Made by a program: the position numbers and the translations under genes
Part shown: in pieces, positions 1 through 14,000 of the stretch
Numbering within the stretch: position 1 is the first letter of the stretch
How the letters are laid out: each line of letters opens with the position of its first letter
Notes under the pieces: model-generated
The model's input: only the letters and a program-made list of their open reading frames with translations
What the model was told of the DNA's origin: nothing
Database searches by the model: none
Origin: Eledone cirrhosa
Lineage: Eukaryota
Direction of reading: 5' to 3'
DNA length: 64,000 nt
NCBI GenBank assembly: GCA_964016885.1
Contig: OZ024745.1
Span: 2,046,001-2,110,000 of the forward strand

Positions 1-3000
1 CAGTCCCAGCATGTTTCTATATATAGACAGTGTGTAACATGTATTACAGTCCCAGTGTGTTTCTATATAGAGACAGTGTGTAACATGTATCACAGTCCCA
101 GTGTGTTTCTATATAGAGACAGTGTGTAGCATGTATCACAGTCCCAGTGTTTTTCTATAAAGAGACATTGTGTAACATGTATCACAGTCCCAGTGTGTTT
201 CTATATAGAGACAGTGTGTAGCATGTATCACAGTCCCAGTGTGTTTTATAAAGAGACAGTGTGTAACATGTGTCACAGTCCCAGTGTGTTTCTATATAGA
301 GACAGTGTGTAACATGTATTACAGTCCCAGTGTGTTTCTATATAGAGACAGTGTGTAACGTGTATCACAGTCCCAGTGTGTTTCTATATAGAGACAGTGT
401 GTAACATGTGTCACAGTCCCAGTGTGTTTCTATATAGAGACAGTGTGTAACATGTATCAAAGTCCCAGTGTGTTTCTATAAAGAGACAGTGTGTAACATG
501 TATCACAGTCCCAGTGTGTTTCTATAAAGAGACAGTTTGTAACATGTATTACAGTCCCAGTGTGTTTCTATATAGAGAGAGTGTGTAACATCTATCACAG
601 TCCCAGTGTGTTTTTATATAGAGACAGTGTATAGCATGTATCACAGTCCCAGTGTGTTTCTATATAGAGACAGTGTGTAACATGTGTCACAGTCCCAGTG
701 TGTTTCTATATAGAGACAGTGTGTAACATGTATCAAAGTCCCAGTGTGTTTCTATAAAGAAATAGTGTGTAAGATGTATCACAGTCCCATTGTGTTTCTA
801 TATAGAGACAGTGTGTAACATGTATCACAGTCCCAGTGTGTTTCTATAAAGAGACAGTGTGTAACATGTATTACAGTCCCAGTGTGTTTCTATATAGAGA
901 CAGTGTGTAACATGTATCACAGTCCCAGTGTCTTTCTATATAGAGACAGTGTGTAACATGTGTCACAGTCCCAGTGTGTTTCTATATAGAGACAGTGTGT
1001 AACATGTATTACAGTCCCAGTGTTTCTCTATATAGAGACAGTGTGTAACATGTATCACAGTCCCAGTGTGTTTCTATATAGAGAGAGTGTGTAACATGTA
1101 TTACAGTCCCAGTGTGTTTCTATAAAGAGACAGTGTGTAACATGTATCACAGTCCCAGTGTGTTTCTATATAGAGACAGTGTGTAACATGTATCACAGTC
1201 CCAGTGTGTTTCTATATAGTGACAGTGTGTAACATGTGTCACAGTCCCAGTGTGTTTCTATATAGAGACAGTGTGTAACATGTATCACAGTCCCAGTGTG
1301 TTTCTATAAAGAGACAGTGTGTAACATGTATCACAGTCCCAGTGTGTTTCTATATAGTGACAGTGTGTAACATGTATCAAAGTCCCAGTGTGTTTCTATA
1401 TAGAGACAGTGTGTAACATGTATCACAGTCCCAGTGTGTTTCTATATAGAGACAGTGTGTAACATGTATCAAAGTCCCAGTGTGTTTCTATATAGAGACA
1501 GTGTGTAACATGTATTACAGCCCCAGTGTGTTTCTATATAGAGACAGTGTGTAACATGTATCAAAGTCCCAGTGTGTTTCTATATAGAGACAGTGTGTAA
1601 CATTTGTCACAGTCGCAGTGTGTTTCTATAAATAGACAGTGTGTAACATGTGTCACAGTCCCAGTGTGTTTCTATAAATAGACAGTGTGTAAAATCTATC
1701 ACAGTCCCAGTGTGTTTCTATAAAGAGACAGTGTGTAACATGTATCACAGTCCCAATGTGTTTCTATAAAGAGACAGTGTGTAACATGTATCAAAGTCCC
1801 AGTGTGTTTCTATATAGAGACAGTGTGTAACATGTATCACAGTCCCAGTGTGTTTATATATGGAGACAGTGTGTAACATGTATCACAGTCCCAGAGTGTT
1901 TCTATATAGAGACAGTGTGTAACATGTATCACAGTCCCAGTGTGTTTCTATATATAGACAGTGTGTAACATGTATCACAGTCCCAGTGTGTTTCTATATA
2001 GAGCCAGTGTGTAACATGTATTACAGTCCCAGTGTGTTTCTATAAAGAGACAGTGTGTAACATGTTTCACAGTCCCAGTGTGTTTCTATATAGAGACAGT
2101 GTGTAACATGTATCAAAGTCCCAGTGTGTATCTATATAGAGACAGTGTGTAACATGTATTACAGTCCCAGTGTGTTTCTATAAAGAGACAGTGTGAAACA
2201 TGTGTCACAGTCCCAGTGTGTTTCTATATAGAGACAGTGTGTAACATGTATTACAGTCCCAGTGTGTTTCTATAAAGAGACAGTGTGTAACATGTATCAA
2301 AGTCCCAGTGTGTTTCTATATAGAGACAGTGTGTAACATGTATCAAAGTCCCAGTGTGTTTCTATATTGAGACAGTGTGTAACATGTATCAAAGTCCCAG
2401 TGTGTTTCTATATAGAGACAGTGTGTAACATGTATCACAATCCCAGTGTGTTTCTATAAAGAGACAGTGTGTAACATGTATTACAGTCCCAGTGTGTTTC
2501 TATATAGAGAGAGTGTGTAACATGTATCACAGTCCCAGTGTGTTTCTATATAGAGACAGTTTGTAACGTGTATCAAAGTCCCAGTGTGTTTCTATATAGA
2601 GACAGTGTGTAACATGTGTCACAGTCCCAGTGTGTTTCTATATAGAGACAGTGTGTAACATGTATCACAGTCCCAGTGTGTTTCTATATAGAGACAGTGT
2701 GTAACATGTATCACAGTCCCAGTGTGTTTCTATATAGAGACAGTGTGTAACATGTATCACAGTCCCAGTGTGTTTCTATAAAGAGACAGTGTGTAACATG
2801 TACTACAGTCCCAGTGTGTTTCTATAAAGAGACAGTGTGAAACATGTATCACAGTCCCAGTGTGTTTCTATATAGAGCCAGTGTGTAACATGTGTCACAG
2901 TCGCAGTGAGTTTCTATATAGAGACAGTGTGTAACATGTATTACAGTCCCAGTGTGTTTCTTTATAGAGACAGTGTGTAACATGTATCACAGTCCCAGTG

Positions 3001-4699
3001 TGTTTCTATATAGAGAGAGTGTGTAACATGTATCACAGTCCCAGTGTGTTTCTATATAAAGACACTGTGTAACATGTATCACAATCCCAGTGTGTTTCTA
3101 TATAGAGACAGTGTGTAACATATGTATCACAGTCCCAGTGTGTTTCTATAGAGAGCCAGTGTGTAACATGTGTCACAGTTGCAGTGTGTTTCTATAAATA
3201 GACAGTGTGTAACATGTGTCACAGTCCCAGTGTGTTTCTATAAAGAGACAGTGTGTAACATGTATCAAAGTCCCAGTGTGTTTCTATATAGAGACAGTGT
3301 GTAACATGTATCAAAGTCCCAGTGTGTTTCTATATAGAGACAGTGTGTAACATGTATCAAAGTCCCAGTGTGTTTCTATATAGAGACAGTGTGTAACATG
3401 TATCACAGTCCCAGTGTGTTTATATATGGAGACAGTGTGTAACATGTATCACAGTCCCAGTGTGTTTCTATAAAGAGACAGTGTGTAACATGTATCACAG
3501 TCCCAGTGTGTTTCTATATAGAGACAGTGTGTAACATGTATCACAGTCCCAGTGTGTTTCAATAAAGAGACAGTGTGTAACATGTATCACAGTCCTAGTG
3601 TGTTTCTATAAAGAGACAGTGTGTAACATGTATCAAAGTTCCAGTGTGTTTCTATATAGAGACAGTGTGTAACATGTATCACAGTCCCAGTGTGTTTATA
3701 TATGGAGACAGTGTGTAACATGTATCACAGTCCCAGTGTGTTTCTATAAAGAGACAGTGTGTAACATGTATCACAGTCCCAGTGTGTTTCTATATAGAGA
3801 CAGTGTGTAACATGTATCACAGTCCCAGTGTGTTTCTATAAAGAGACAGTGTGTAACGTGTATCACAGTCCCAGTGTGTTTCTATATAGAGACAGTGTGT
3901 AACATGTATCACAGTCCCAGTGTGTTTCTATATATAGACAGTGTGTAACATGTATCACAGTCCCAGTGTGTTTCTATATAGAACCAATGTGTAACATGTA
4001 TCAAAGTCCCAGTGTGTTTCTATATAGAGACAGTGTGTAACATGTATCAAAGTCCCAGTGTGTTTCTATATAGAGACAGTGTGTAACATGTATCAAAGTC
4101 CCAGTGTGTTTCTATATAGAGACAGTGTGTAACATGTATCACAATCCCAGTGTGTTTCTATAAAGAGACAGTGTGTAACATGTATTACAGTCCCAGTGTG
4201 TTTCTATATAGAGAGAGTGTGTAACATGTATCACAGTCCCAGTGTGTTTCTATATAGAGACAGTGTGTAACGTGTATCACAGTCCCAGTGTGTTTCTATA
4301 TAGAGACAGTGTGTAACATGTATCACAGTCCCAGTGTGTTTCTATATAGAGACAGTGTGTAACATGTATCACAGTCCCAGTGTGTTTCTATATAGAGACA
4401 GTGTGTAACATGTATCACAGTCCCAGTGTTTCTATAAAGAGACAGTGTGTAACATGTACTACAGTCCCAGTGTGTTTCTATAAAGAGACAGTGTGAAACA
4501 TGTATCACAGTCCCAGTGTGTTTCTATATAGAGCCAGTGTGTAACATGTGTCACAGTCGCAGTGTGTTTCTATATAGAGACAGTGTGTAACATGTATTAC
4601 AGTCCCAGTGTGTTTCTTTATAGAGACAGTGTGTAACATGTATCACAGTCCCAGTGTGTTTCTATATAGAGAGAGTGTGTAACATGTATCACAGTCCCA

Positions 4700-7600
4700 G
4701 TGTGTTTCTATATAAAGACACTGTGTAACATGTATCACAGTCCCAGTGTGTTTCTATATAGAGACAGTGTGTAACATATGTATCACAGTCCCAGTGTGTT
4801 TCTATATAGAGCCAGTGTGTAACATGTGTCACAGTTGCAGTGTGTTTCTATAAATAGACAGTGTGTAACATGTGTCACAGTCCCAGTGTGTTTTTATAAA
4901 GGATCAGTGTGTAACATGTATTACAGTCCCAGTGTGTTTCTATATAGAGACAGTGTTAACATGTATCACAGTCCCAGTGTGTTTCTATATAGAGACAGTG
5001 TGTAACATGTATCACAGTCCCAGTGTGTTTCTATATAGAGACATTGTGTAGCATGTATCACAGTCCCAGTGTGTTTCTATATACAGACAGTGTGTAACAT
5101 GTATCACAGTCCCAGTGTGTTTCTATATAGAAACAGTGTGTAACATGTATCACAGTCCCAGTGTGTTTCTATAAAGAGACAGTGTGTAACATGTACTACA
5201 GTCCCAGTGTGTTTCTATAAAGAGACAGTGTGAAACATGTATCACAGTCCCAGTGTGTTTTTATATAGAGACAGTGTGTAACATGTATCAAAGTCCCAGT
5301 GTGTTTCTATATAGAGACATTGTGTAACATGTATCAAAGTCTCCAGTGTGTTTCTATATAGAGACAGTGTGTAACATGTATCACAGTCCCAGTGTGTTTC
5401 TATATAGAGACAGTGTGTAACATGTATCACAGTCCCAGTGTGTTTCTATATAGAGACAGTGTGTAACATGTATCACAGTCCCAGTGTATTTCTATATAGA
5501 GACAGTGTGTAACATGTATCACAGTCCCAGTGTGTTTCTATATAGAGACAGTGTGTAACATGTATCAAAGTCCCAGTGTGTTTCTATATAGAGACAGTGT
5601 GTAACATGTAGCAAAGTCCCAGTGTGTTTCTATATAGAGACAGTTTGTAACATGTATCACAGTCCCAGTGTGTTTCTATATAGAGACACTGTGTAGAATG
5701 TATCACAGTCCCAGTGTGTTTCTATAAAGAGACAGTGTGTAACATGTATCACAGTCCCAGTGTATTTCTATATAGAGACAGTGTGTAACATGTATTACAG
5801 TCCTAGTGGGTATCTATAAAGAGACAGTGTGTAGCATGTATCACAGTCCCAGTGTGTTTCTATATAGAGACAGTGTGTAACATGTATCACAGTCCTAGTG
5901 TGTTTCTATAAAGAGACAGTGTGTAACATGTATCAAAGTCCCAGTGTGTTTCTATATAGAGACAGTGTGTAACATGTATCACAGTCCCAGTGTGTTTATA
6001 TATGGAGACAGTGTGTAACATGTATCACAGTCCCAGTGTGTTTCTATATAGAGACAGTGTGTAACATGTATCACAGTCCCAGTGTGTTTCTATATATAGA
6101 CAGTGTGTAACATGTATCACAGTCCCAGTGTGTTTCTATATAGAGCCAGTGTGTAACATGTATTACAGTCCCAGTGTGTTTCTATAAAGAGACAGTGTGT
6201 AACATGTGTCACAGTCCCAGTGTGTTTCTATATAGAGACAGTGTGTAACATGTATCAAAGTCCCAGTGTGTATCTATATAGAGACAGTGTGTAACATGTA
6301 TTACAGTCCCAGTGTGTTTCTATAAAGAGACAGTGTGAAACATGTATTACAGTCCCAGTGTGTTTCTATAAAGAGACAGTGTGTAACATGTATTACAGTC
6401 CCAGTGTGTTTCTATAAAGAGACAGTGTGTAACATGTATCAAAGTCTCAGTGTGTTTCTATATAGAGACAGTGTGTAACATGTATCAAAGTCCCAGTGTG
6501 TTTCTATATAGAGACAGTGTGTAACATGTATCAAAGTCCCAGTGTGTTTCTATATAGAGACAGTGTGTAACATGTATCACAGTCCCAGTGTGTTTCTATA
6601 TAGAGACAGTGTGTAACATGTATCACAGTCCCAGTGTGTTTCTATATAGAGACAGTGTGTAACATGTATCACAGTCCCAGTGTGTTTCTATATAGAGACA
6701 GTGTGTAACATGTATCACAGTCCCAGTGTATTTCTATATAGAGACAGTGTGTAACATGTATCACAGTCCCAGTGTGTTTCTATATAGAGACAGTGTGTAA
6801 CATGTATCAAAGTCCCAGTGTGTTTCTATATAGAGACAGTGTGTAACATGTATCAAAGTCCCAGTGTGTTTCTATATAGAGACAGTGTGTAACATGTATC
6901 ACAGTCCCAGTGTGTTTCTATATAGAGACAGTGTGTAACATGTATCACAGTCCCATTGTGTTTCTATATAGAGACAGTGTGTAACATGTATCACAGTCCC
7001 AGTGTGTTTCTATATAGAGACACTGTGTAGAATGTATCACAGTCCCAGTGTGTTTCTATAAAGAGACAGTGTGTTACATGTATTACAGTCCCAGTGTGTT
7101 TCTATATAGAGACAGTGTGTAACATGTATCACAGTCCCAGTGTGTTTCTATATAGAGACACTGTGTAACATGTATCACAGTCCCAGTGTGTTTCTATATA
7201 GAGACAGTGTGTAACATATGTATCACAGTCCCAGTGTGTTTCTATATAGAGCCAGTGTGTAACATGTGTCACAGTCGCAGTGTGTTTCTATAAATAGACA
7301 GTGTGTAACATGTGTCACAGTCCCAGTGTGTTTTTATAAAGGATCAGTGTGTAACATGTATTACAGTCCCAGTGTGTTTCTATATAGAGACAGTGTTAAC
7401 ATGTATCACAGTCCCAGTGTGTTTCTATATAGAGACAGTGTGTAACATGTATCACAGTCCCAGTGTGTTTCTATATAGAGACAGTGTGTAGCATGTATCA
7501 CAGTCCCAGTGTGTTTCTATATACAGACAGTGTGTAACATGTATCACAGTCCCAGTGTGTTTCTATATAGAGACAGTGTGTAACATGTATCACAGTCCCA

Positions 7601-10600
7601 GTGTGTTTCTATAAAGAGACAGTGTGTAACATGTACTACAGTCCCAGTGTGTTTCTATAAAGAGACAGTGTGAAACATGTATCACAGTCCCAGTGTGTTT
7701 TTATATAGAGACAGTGTGTAACATGTATCAAAGTCCCTGTGTGTTTCTATATAGAGACATTGTGTAACATGTATCAAAGTCTCCAGTGTGTTTCTATATA
7801 GAGACAGTGTGTAACATGTATCACAGTCCCAGTATGTTTCTATATAGAGACACTGTGTAGAATGTATCATAGTCCCAGTGTGTTTCTATAAAGAGACAGT
7901 GTGTTACATGTATTACAGTCCCAGTGTGTTTCTATATAGAGACAGTGTGTAACATGTATCACAGTCCCAGTGTGTTTCTATATAGAGACACTGTGTAACA
8001 TGTATCACAGTCCCAGTGTGTTTCTATATAGAGACAGTGTGTAACATATGTATCACAGTCCCAGTGTGTTTCTATATAGAGCCAGTGTGTAACATGTATC
8101 ACAGTCCCAGTGTATTTCTATATAGAGACAGTGTGTAACATGTATCACAGTCCCAGTGTGTTTCTATATAGAGACAGTGTGTAACATGTATCAAAGTCCC
8201 AGTGTGTTTCTATATAGAGACAGTGTGTAACATGTAGCAAAGTCCCAGTGTGTTTCTATATAGAGACAGTTTGTAACATGTATCACAGTCCCAGTGTGTT
8301 TCTATATAGAGACACTGTGTAGAATGTATCACAGTCCCAGTGTGTTTCTGTAAAGAGACAGTGTGTTACATGTATTACAGTCCCAGTGTGTTTCTATATA
8401 GAGACAGTGTGTAACATGTATTACAGTCCTAGTGGGTATCTATAAAGAGACAGTGTGTAGCATGTATCACAGTCCCAGTGTGTTTCTATATAGAGACAGT
8501 GTGTAACATGTATCACAGTCCTAGTGTGTTTCTATAAAGAGACAGTGTGTAACATGTATCAAAGTCCCAGTGTGTTTCTATATAGAGACAGTGTGTAACA
8601 TGTATCACAGTCCCAGTGTGTTTATATATGGAGACAGTGTGTAACATGTATCACAGTCCCAGTGTGTTTCTATATAGAGACAGTGTGTAACATGTATCAC
8701 AGTCCCAGTGTGTTTCTATATATAGACAGTGTGTAACATGTATCACAGTCCCAGTGTGTTTCTATATAGAGCCAGTGTGTAACATGTATTACAGTCCCAG
8801 TGTGTTTCTATAAAGAGACAGTGTGTAACATGTGTCACAGTCCCAGTGTGTTTCTATATAGAGACAGTGTGTAACATGTATCAAAGTCCCAGTGTGTATC
8901 TATATAGAGACAGTGTGTAACATGTATTACAGTCCCAGTGTGTTTCTATAAAGAGACAGTGTGAAACATGTGTCACAGTCCCAGTGTGTTTCTATATAGA
9001 GACAGTGTGTAACATGTATTACAGTCCCAGTGTGTTTCTATAAAGAGACAGTGTGTAACATGTATCAAAGTCCCAGTGTGTTTCTATATAGAGACAGTGT
9101 GTAACATGTATCAAAGTCCCAGTGTGTTTCTATATAGAGACAGTGTGTAACATGTATCAAAGTCCCAGTGTGTTTCTATATAGAGACAGTGTGTAACATG
9201 TATCACAGTCCCAGTGTGTTTCTATATAGAGACAGTGTGTAACATGTATCACAGTCCCAGTGTGTTTCTATATAGAGACAGTGTGTAACATGTATCACAG
9301 TCCCAGTGTGTTTCTATATAGAGACAGTGTGTAACATGTATCACAGTCCCAGTGTATTTCTATATAGAGACAGTGTGTAACATGTATCACACTCCCAGTG
9401 TGTTTCTATATAGAGACAGTGTGTAACATGTATCAAAGTCCCAGTGTGTTTCTATATAGAGACAGTGTGTAACATGTATCAAAGTCCCAGTGTGTTTCTA
9501 TATAGAGACAGTGTGTAACATGTATCACAGTCCCAGTGTGTTTCTATATAGAGACACTGTGTAGAATGTATCACAGTCCCAGTGTGTTTCTATAAAGAGA
9601 CAGTGTGTTACATGTATTACAGTCCCAGTGTGTTTCTATATAGAGACAGTGTGTAACATGTATCACAGTCCCAGTGTGTTTCTATATAGAGACACTGTGT
9701 AACATGTATCACAGTCCCAGTGTGTTTCTATATAGAGACAGTGTGTAACATATGTATCACAGTCCCAGTGTGTTTCTATATAGAGCCAGTGTGTAACATG
9801 TGTCACAGTCGCAGTGTGTTTCTATAAATAGACAGTGTGTAACATGTGTCACAGTCCCAGTGTGTTTTTATAAAGGATCAGTGTGTAACATGTATTACAG
9901 TCCCAGTGTGTTTCTATATAGAGACAGTGTTAACATGTATCACAGTCCCAGTGTGTTTCTATATAGAGACAGTGTGTAACATGTATCACAGTCCCAGTGT
10001 GTTTCTATATAGAGACAGTGTGTAGCATGTATCACAGTCCCAGTGTGTTTCTATATACAGACAGTGTGTAACATGTATCACAGTCCCAGTGTGTTTCTAT
10101 ATAGAGACAGTGTGTAACATGTATCACAGTCCCAGTGTGTTTCTATAAAGAGACAGTGTGTAACATGTACTACAGTCCCAGTGTGTTTCTATAAAGAGAC
10201 AGTGTGAAACATGTATCACAGTCCCAGTGTGTTTTTATATAGAGACAGTGTGTAACATGTATCAAAGTCCCAGTGTGTTTCTATATAGAGACATTGTGTA
10301 ACATGTATCAAAGTCTCCAGTGTGTTTCTATATAGAGACAGTGTGTAACATGTATCACAGTCCCAGTGTGTTTCTATATAGAGACACTGTGTAGAATGTA
10401 TCACAGTCCCAGTGTGTTTCTATAAAGAGACAGTGTGTTACATGTATTACAGTCCCAGTGTGTTTCTATATAGAGACAGTGTGTAACATGTATCACAGTC
10501 CCAGTGTGTTTCTATATAGAGACACTGTGTAACATGTATCACAGTCCCAGTGTGTTTCTATATAGAGACAGTGTGTAACATATGTATCACAGTCCCAGTG

Positions 10601-10700
10601 TGTTTCTATATAGAGCCAGTGTGTAACATGTGTCACAGTCGCAGTGTGTTTCTATAAATAGACAGTGTGTAACATGTGTCACAGTCCCAGTGTGTTTCTA
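4700..10700. repeat. Higher-order repeat domain 1: variant cassette recurring three times at about 2.44-2.53 kb spacing
   Basis: The marker GGATCAGT (preceded by TTTTATAAA) is at 4901, 7341 and 9875 (offsets 2440, 2534). It travels with CAGTGTTAAC (-1), AAGTCTCCAG (+1) and AACATATGT (+2). ORF-track entries at 5242, 7682 and 10216 show the same offsets. Boundaries approximate. Confidence 0.85.
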
Positions 10701-11059
10701 TATAGAGACAGTGTGTAACATGTATCACAGTCCCAGTGTGTTTATATATGGAGACAGTGTGTAACATGTATCACAGTCCCAGTGTGTTTCTATAAAGAGA
10801 CAGTGTGTAACATGTATCACAGTCCCAGTGTGTTTCTATATAGAGACAGTGTGTAACATGTATCACAGTCCCAGTGTGTTTCTATAAAGAGACAGTGTGT
10901 AAAGTGTATCACAGTCCCAGTGTGTTTCTATATAGAGACAGTGTGTAACATGTATCACAGTCCCAGTGTGTTTCTATATAGAGACAGTGTGTAACATGTA
11001 TCACAGTCCCAGTGTATTTCTATATAGAGACAGTGTGTAACATGTATCACAGTCCCAGT

Positions 11060-14000
11060 GTGTTTCTATATACACACAGTGTGTAACATGTATCAAAGTC
11101 CCAGTGTGTTTCTATATAGAGACAGTGTGTAACATGTAGCAAAGTCCCAGTGTGTTTCTATATAGAGACAGTGTGTAACATGTATCACAGTCCCAGTGTG
11201 TTTCTATATAGAGACACTGTGTAGAATGTATCACAGTCCCAGTGTGTTTCTATAAAGAGACAGTGTGTTACATGTATTACAGTCCCAGTGTGTTTCTATA
11301 TAGAGACAGTGTGTAACATGTATTACAGTCCTAGTGGGTATCTATAAAGAGACAGTGTGTAGCATGTATCACAGTCCCAGTGTGTTTCTATATAGAGACA
11401 GTGTGTAACATGTATCACAGTCCTAGTGTGTTTCTATAAAGAGACAGTGTGTAACATGTATCACAGTCCCAGTGTGTTTCTATATAGAGCCAGTGTGTAA
11501 CATGTATTACAGTCCCAGTGTGTTTCTATAAAGAGACAGTGTGTAACATGTGTCACAGTCCCAGTGTGTTTCTATATAGAGACAGTGTGTAACATGTATC
11601 AAAGTCCCAGTGTGTATCTATATAGAGACAGTGTGTAACATGTATTACAGTCCCAGTGTGTTTCTATAAAGAGACAGTGTGAAACATGTGTCACAGTCCC
11701 AGTGTGTTTCTATATAGAGACAGTGTGTAACATGTATTACAGTCCCAGTGTGTTTCTATAAAGAGACAGTGTGTAACATGTATCAAAGTCCCAGTGTGTT
11801 TCTATATAGAGACAGTGTGTAACATGTATCAAAGTCCCAGTGTGTTTCTATATAGAGACAGTGTGTAACATGTATCAAAGTCCCAGTGTGTTTCTATATA
11901 GAGACAGTGTGTAACATGTATCACAGTCCCAGTGTGTTTCTATATAGAGACAGTGTGTAACATGTATCACAGTCCCAGTGTGTTTCTATATTGAGACAGT
12001 GTGTAACATGTATCACAGTCCCAGTGTGTTTCTATATAGAGACAGTGTGTAACATGTATCACAGTCCCAGTGTATTTCTATATAGAGACAGTGTGTAACA
12101 TGTATCACAGTCCCAGTGTGTTTCTATATAGAGACAGTGTGTAACATGTATCAAAGTCCCAGTGTGTTTCTATATAGAGACAGTGTGTAACATGTATCAC
12201 AGTCCCAGTGTGTTTCTATATAGAGACACTGTGTAGAATGTATCACAGTCCCAGTGTGTTTCTATAAAGAGACAGTGTGTTACATGTATTACAGTCCCAG
12301 TGTGTTTCTATATAGAGACAGTGTGTAACATGTATTACAGTCCTAGTGTGTATCTATAAAGAGACAGTGTGTAGCATGTATCACAGTCCCAGTGTGTTTC
12401 TATATAGAGACAGTGTGTAACATGTATCACAGTCCTAGTGTGTTTCTATAAAGAGACAGTGTGTAACATGTATCAAAGTCCCAGTGTGTTTCTATATAGA
12501 GACAGTGTGTAACATGTATCACAGTCCCAGTGTGTTCATATATGGAGACAGTGTGTAACATGTATCAAAGTCCCAGTGTGTTTCTATATAGAGACAGTGT
12601 GTAACATGTATCACAGTCCCAGTGTGTTTCTATATATAGACAGTGTGTAACATGTATCAAAGTCCCAGTGTGTTTCTATATAGAGACAGTGTGTAACATG
12701 TATCAAAGTCCCAGTGTGTTTCTATATAGAGACAGTGTGTAACATGTATCAAAGTCCCAGTTTGTTTCTATATAGAAACAGTGTGTAACATGTATCAAAG
12801 TCCCAGTGTGTTTCTATATAGAGACAGTGTGTAACATGTATCACAATCCCAGTGTGTTTCTATAAAGAGACAGTGTGTAACATGTATTACAGTCCCAGTG
12901 TTTTTCTATATAGAGAGAGTGTGTAACATGTATCACAGTCCCAGTGTGTTTCTATATAGAGACAGTGTGTAACGTGTATCACAGTCCCAGTGTGTTTCTA
13001 TATAGAGACAGTGTGTAACATGTGTCACAGTCCCAGTGTGTTTCTATATAGAGACAGTGTGTAACATGTATCACAGTCCCAGTGTGTTTCTATATAGAGA
13101 CAGTGTGTAACATGTATCACAGTCCCAGTGTTTTTCTATAAAGAGACAGTGTGTAACATGTATCACAGTCCCAGTGTGTTTCTATATAGAGACAGTGTGT
13201 AACATGTATCACAGTCCCAGTGTGTTTCTATATTGAGACAGTGTGTAACATGTATCACAGTCCCAGTGTGTTTCTATATAGAGACAGTGTGTAACATGTA
13301 TCACAGTCCCAGTGTATTTCTATATAGAGACAGTGTGTAACATGTATCACAGTCCCAGTGTGTTTCTATATAGAGACAGTGTGTAACATGTATCAAAGTC
13401 CCAGTGTGTTTCTATATAGAGACAGTGTGTAACATGTATCACAGTCCCAGTGTGTTTCTATATAGAGACACTGTGTAGAATGTATCACAGTCCCAGTGTG
13501 TTTCTATATAGAGACAGTGTGTAACATGTATCAAAGTCCCAGTGTGTTTCTATATAGAGACAGTGTGTAACATGTATCACAGTCCCAGTGTGTTTCTATA
13601 TAGAGACACTGTGTAGAATGTATCACAGTCCCAGTGTGTTTCTATAAAGAGACAGTGTGTTACATGTATTACAGTCCCAGTGTGTTTCTATATAGAGACA
13701 GTGTGTAACATGTATCACAGTCCTAGTGTGTTTCTATAAAGAGACAGTGTGTAACATGTATCAAAGTCCCAGTGTGTTTCTATATAGAGACAGTGTGTAA
13801 CATGTATCACAGTCCCAGTGTGTTCATATATGGAGACAGTGTGTAACATGTATCAAAGTCCCAGTGTGTTTCTATATAGAGACAGTGTGTAACATGTATC
13901 ACAGTCCCAGTGTGTTTCTATATATAGACAGTGTGTAACATGTATCAAAGTCCCAGTGTGTTTCTATATAGAGACAGTGTGTAACATGTATCAAAGTCCC

